Positions 58,894 through 64,000 of a stretch of DNA of 64,000 nt are shown here, in pieces (position 1 is the stretch's first letter; the number at the start of each line of letters is the position of its first letter). The DNA comes from Octopus sinensis (lineage: Eukaryota), in NCBI RefSeq assembly GCF_006345805.1, contig NW_021833246.1, positions 1 through 64,000 on the forward strand. Reading direction: 5' to 3'. A program made the translations under genes and the position numbers. The notes beneath the pieces were generated by a model. It made no database searches and had not been told where the DNA came from. It saw only the letters and a program-made list of their open reading frames with translations.

Positions 58894-58939
<46 letters not shown>

Positions 58940-59125
58940 GTGTGTGTGTGTATATGTGTGTGTATGTCTGTGTGTTTGTGTTCTAGCAAATTGTAACAAC
59001 AGTAACAACACAAATATAAAATATTTAGTTCCACCATGGTCCTGAGTGTTCTTTCCACCAGCTCACAGTAAACGTACACACACACGCATACTCACACAGT
59101 ATGTATGTATGTGTGTATATATATA

Positions 59126-59177
<52 letters not shown>

Positions 59178-59179
59178 TC

Positions 59180-59425
59180 CTACCCCTTAGAACCATCATT
59201 GCACCTGGTGTGGCTTTTTAAAAAACGAGACAATGTTTGGAACAGACGCCCACATAGATGGCATAGCTGTCGTAGACTACCAAGATCTGCAGTTGAGTTC
59301 TGATCTTTGTGTATCTTTAGATATCTTTTGGGGCCTCCATTAGATTTGCAGACTTCATGGCATAAACGCCATTGAAAGGTGTGCACAGACCTATAGGTAG
59401 AGTAGTTGGTGGAAGTTCGTTTATC
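59180..59425 (-). mobile_element. Probable RTE-like LINE C-terminal fragment
   Basis: CHLCGRLFQTLSRFLKSHTR resembles the C2H2-like tail of RTE ORFs. It is degenerate. Confidence 0.4.
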
Positions 59426-59994
59426 ATATATGTATATATATATGTATATATATATATATTGTGTGTGTGTGTGTAAGTGTGTGTATTTACGCATGTCTGC
59501 TTATGCGTCTGTGTATTCTGTTGTGCTTGGATGTGGATATTTAGATAGCATTTAAAGCAACAACGTTTTAAGTCACTGTAACAAACGTTTATATATATAT
59601 AAGTCACTTGTAGAAGTTGATGGACTGTTTAAGATTCAGTAATTGTATTATTTTTTTTAACTTGAAGACCAACCACAAGGTACCTAAGGTCATATATCAC
59701 ATATCTCGAGAGGAAAGGATGCAACAGTTTCGGAAACTGAAAAAAAAGTAGCAAACATAATTTGTCTGACGTTTATGTTCGATTCGCTCTTTCAATATGT
59801 GTTAGGTTCTGGAGGAAGAAAATTACAAGATCTGGTTAAAACTGATTTACGCTTGGTCTCATAAGATCACGTGCGTGGATGCTGACGCATCACATTTATC
59901 TGACCATCTATTTAAATCCGAATCAGTGCGCGTGTCAGCTTGTCTGTCTGTATGTGTCTGTCTGCCTGTCTGTATATGGAAATATATATATATA

Positions 59995-60180
59995 TGTAGG
60001 GGGGGGGGTGCCTTTTGGTGTGTTTACGTCCCGTCACTTAGGGGTTCGGCAAAAAGTGATCGATAGTATATATACTATGCTTACAACGAATACGTCCAGT
60101 GTCGATTTCTTTGACTAAAGGTGAATGCTCCAGCAAGGCCGTAGTCAAACGACTGAAGCAAGTAAAAGAATAAAAGAATA
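59995..60180 (+). mobile_element. SINE family D, 3' module
   Basis: GTGTTTACGTCCCGTCACTTAG...GCTCCAGCAAGGCCGTAGTC...AAGTAAAAGAATAAAAGAATA. Confidence 0.8.
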
Positions 60181-60369
60181 TCCACATATATATATAAATG
60201 CATACACACACACATATATGTATATATATATGTATGTTTATACGTATGGATGTATATGCTTGTGTGAGTGTGTATGCCTTTCTGATTGTAAAGCTAACAA
60301 CCACACCTGTGCATGTATACATACATACACACACACACACACACACTACACACCACACACACACAACAG

Positions 60370-60435
<66 letters not shown>

Positions 60436-61249
60436 AAATACAGACGCACAGACAAAAGATAGCGCGCGACTTGAACATCGCACTGTAAAGGCCAGGGTAC
60501 GAAATAAATTGAATGCAAGCTTCAGGGAAGTTAAATCTCGTATAGGGTTCAGAAAGAATACAAAACAAACACGAATAAGAATAAGAATAGCATTAAGCGT
60601 GGATTGAATGAGTGATTGTAGCATATTGTAACTACTGCATTAGAGAATACACCATCTATATATGGAAACATTTTGCAGGGAAATGAAAATCTTAATGACA
60701 AATCCGATTCATTTCTAGTCTTATAACGTAACGCGATTTCCACTTTAACGATCCGATAACAGACAGACGCGTGCAGAAGGAAGACATCGCATTCGTACAT
60801 ATACGAACGACTATACAGATATAAAGATTGTAATGCAAACATACACACGCCTGCAGTCAGAACGAGAAGTTGATGAGCGTAGAGTTAACAATAATTAACA
60901 AGACGAGCGCAGAAGAGAGAAGCGAATATTAGCGTTTGAGAATGGATTAGGTGGGGTGGTTTGACTTTATGATAAAATAAACAAAAAGAAATGGGCTTAA
61001 TTCGAATATGTAAACCGTTAAATGTTATTTTAAGTATGATATGATGAGATTTTAATTGGCAGGAATTACGTAAATACTACTGAGTAAATTTTAGGGTTTT
61101 ATGCAGAGAGGGAAGAAGAAGGAAATAGAGGAATGAGGTGGCCATAAGCTCTTAATAAACACAAATGTGTGTACGTGTGCACGTATGTAGAATTTCATAG
61201 ATCGACAGTTAGATAGGAAGATAAATAGATGTGCATATAAGACAGATAG

Positions 61250-61315
<66 letters not shown>

Positions 61316-61631
61316 GTATGCATGCACGTATACATTCAGATGTACATGTATTTATGCTTATATATAAATTAAGCGGAAAATGGAGAAATTCCTGATCAAC
61401 AACTACCATCGATTATTATTTTTTGATACAAAGTTCCTCCCTTTTCTGCTTAATTTAACTTTGATTCCAGAAAAATTCCTGCTTATTTTTTAATCGCTTG
61501 TAACCTATGAGCATAATATGCTTACATATGTATGCCCAGAGTTAACATAGGTGATTTATACTGGTAGTATATAGTATTTATAGACGCCTATTCCACCCGC
61601 TAAATCTAATAACCTATATATATATATATAT

Positions 61632-62175
61632 AAAATAAATATAAGAGAGTGGTCACTATATGGCTCAATCTAGCACCAGTTAATCCAAAAGGTTTCAACC
61701 ACAAAAATACATGTTTCCCATGAAAGTCAGTACGATTGTTAGCTCACACGGACAGGGCAAATAAAAAATAACAAAAATACAGATTATTTTGGGACAATTG
61801 TTTCGCTATTAATGAATTAGATGTAATTTTACTTACAAAAAAATCCACTTGTAAGTAAAATTACATTTAATTCATTAATAGCGAAACAATTGTCCTAAAA
61901 TAATCTGTATTTTTGTTATTTTTTATTTGCCCTGTCCGTGTGAGCTAACAATCGTACTGACTTTCATGGGAAACATGTATTTTTGTGGTTGAAACCTTTT
62001 GGATTAACTGGTGCTAGAGTGAGCCATATAGTGACCACTCTCTTATATTTATTTTGTAAAAATATTATAATATATTATAAAATATTATAATAATCCAGGT
62101 TTCTCGGAGCACTAGGCCACTTGGGTGTTGAATAGATATACTATTAAATTAGTATCTAATTCTCTCACCCTTATT
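61632..62175 (+). mobile_element. Fold-back element in (TA)n: 207-bp inverted arms and ~120-bp tail
   Basis: Arms 61632-61838 and 61849-62055 differ at about 3 positions by eye, with a 10-nt loop. The tail ends TCTCACCCTTATTA. The right arm contains GAAA-CAATTG-TC and GAAA-CATG-TA (hammerhead-like 3' halves). Confidence 0.8.
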
Positions 62176-63747
62176 AATTAATATATATATATATATATAT
62201 AATATATATATATATATATAATTATATATATATATATAAGGAGAGAGAAGAGAGACCGAGGGTGAAAGGTAGAACAGATGTCAGAGTCAAGAGGAAAGAG
62301 AAATGTAGAGAGTTCCTGGTGGACTAGCAGCTATGCCATGGCTTCGATGTAGTGACTATGATATATAGACTAAGAATTAAAATCAAAGGTCCGATAGAAA
62401 GGGTTTTGCATGAAGGTTGTTACGAATAGGGAAAATTAAAGGACTATATATGAAGCATATGCATCTATAGAAACAAATACATTTTCACATATTGTTGCAT
62501 ATACTTACATACAAAAATATATCAGTATCTATTATTATCTATATACACTCACACACACATACATATATAGGTGTATTTATGGGTGTATATACATATATAC
62601 ATGCGCATACACACACCTAAACACACGCACATATACATATGTCTTTATGTTTCAATGTAAATCTGTCTTCTTGTGTTTGGCAGACATGCTGTCCTCAAAT
62701 TTTGTCTTGCTCTCTGGGGTCGCTTGCATAGTTTCTATTAAAGTCGAATGTTTGCAATTATGTCATAAACAAGGACAGAATACGAAAGGTTCAAGGATTT
62801 GGGGAAGAAGACATGAGTGCAATAATTTAGTCTGGAATTTGTGGATGGTTGACACAACAGGACTGATGACAGTTCGATAGAGATGTGCGTGTTTCATGAA
62901 TGTCTGAATAGGGATGGCCTGAACCTAGACTGCTAAAAAAAACTAGAGTCTATTTCATCAGCGGTTGGTAACACTGAAGTCGCTATCGCCTCTCTTCCTT
63001 CGGGCGTCGGTGAAAAACCACTTGAGCGCTGGTGTTGATATGATCAGTGAACTCCTTCTGGTCTTGTACCATTACTATAATTCCTATTATTATTTCTACT
63101 TAGACCCTATAAATACGGAATCATTAAACTAGAAAAAAAAGACAATAGACACCTAATTTAGGAATAAATGATATCGTTTATCTTTTTCTGGTTTCAGTTA
63201 GAATCCGAGGCCAACCTAGAGCACCATCTTTTTGTGTATATTGGTTTCTTTTCGGTACTGCTTTTCTTTGTGCCTTCTTTGTGCCTACTGCCCCGGTGTG
63301 GGTTCATCTGTTATCTCAGATAAGAAATTATCCAGACGCTCATTGAGCATCTCTTCATCATGAGGCTAATTATTTCAATTTCATTTACTTTACAGTATTT
63401 AACTCCCCACTGTAAAATATCATTCATATTCATTAGTCTTGTAATCTTCTCTCCCTGATTTAATGTTTCTTTATATTTTTTTCTCTTTCATATTTCTCTC
63501 ACATTATAGATGTTTATTTAATTATTTAATTCGACATGTTTGTGAAATTTATAGCTTTCTAATCATAACCGAAATCCATTTATTACTTTTCTCTATTGAC
63601 TTGCTTGTGTGTCTGAACAATTTATTACAACACCACCTTAAAATTTATATTACAATTACTAAACGTACATTTCTTTGGCTGACGGCCAATGGCTGAAATA
63701 ACTAAAAGACTACGAAGAATTTGATTCTAGATTCTTAAAAATAGATG

Positions 63748-63910
63748 CAGGAATGACTTGGTGGTTAAGAAGTTTCCTTTGCAACCATATGCCTTTGTGA
63801 TCGGTTCTACACATCACCATCTTATGCCAGTGTTCTCTTCTATACACCAGGGTCTGACCATAGAGTTGCAATTGAAGGTGCTACACAAGATCTCAAAGCC
63901 GTTCTGTGAG
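63748..63910 (+). mobile_element. SINE family D head, diverged
   Basis: GCAGGAATGACTTGGTGGTTAAGAAG...TCTTCTATACACCAGGGTCTGACC. Confidence 0.55.
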
Positions 63911-63924
63911 TGTGTGTGTGTGTG

Positions 63925-64000
<76 letters not shown>

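Overview
Eukaryotic, AT-rich, repeat-saturated DNA that looks intronic or intergenic. The SINE families resemble those I recognise from Octopus (coleoid cephalopod); that species call is an inference. There is no intact protein-coding gene, and nearly all ORFs in the track are translations of microsatellites. The window holds dozens of microsatellites, at least 4 tRNA-derived SINE families with shuffled modules, a full-length decayed Tc1-like transposon with D36E spacing, a DD37D (maT-type) remnant, two non-autonomous Helitrons, R4/Dong-like and other REL-endonuclease retrotransposon fragments, two Tx1/L1-like 3' ends, and two decayed Penelope-like (Neptune-type GIY-YIG) fragments. The most striking signal is a set of at least 5 sequence-unrelated fold-back elements, each sitting in a (TA)n array, with near-perfect inverted arms of 24-207 bp and an unpaired one-sided tail. 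Three tails end in ...ACCCTTA. Two of these elements, plus a separate two-copy family, carry minimal hammerhead-ribozyme motifs with non-canonical cores (U3-A8, C4, U6). I read them as non-autonomous Penelope-type ribozyme/hairpin retroelements. Weak splice signals also suggest a few exons of a minus-strand host gene.
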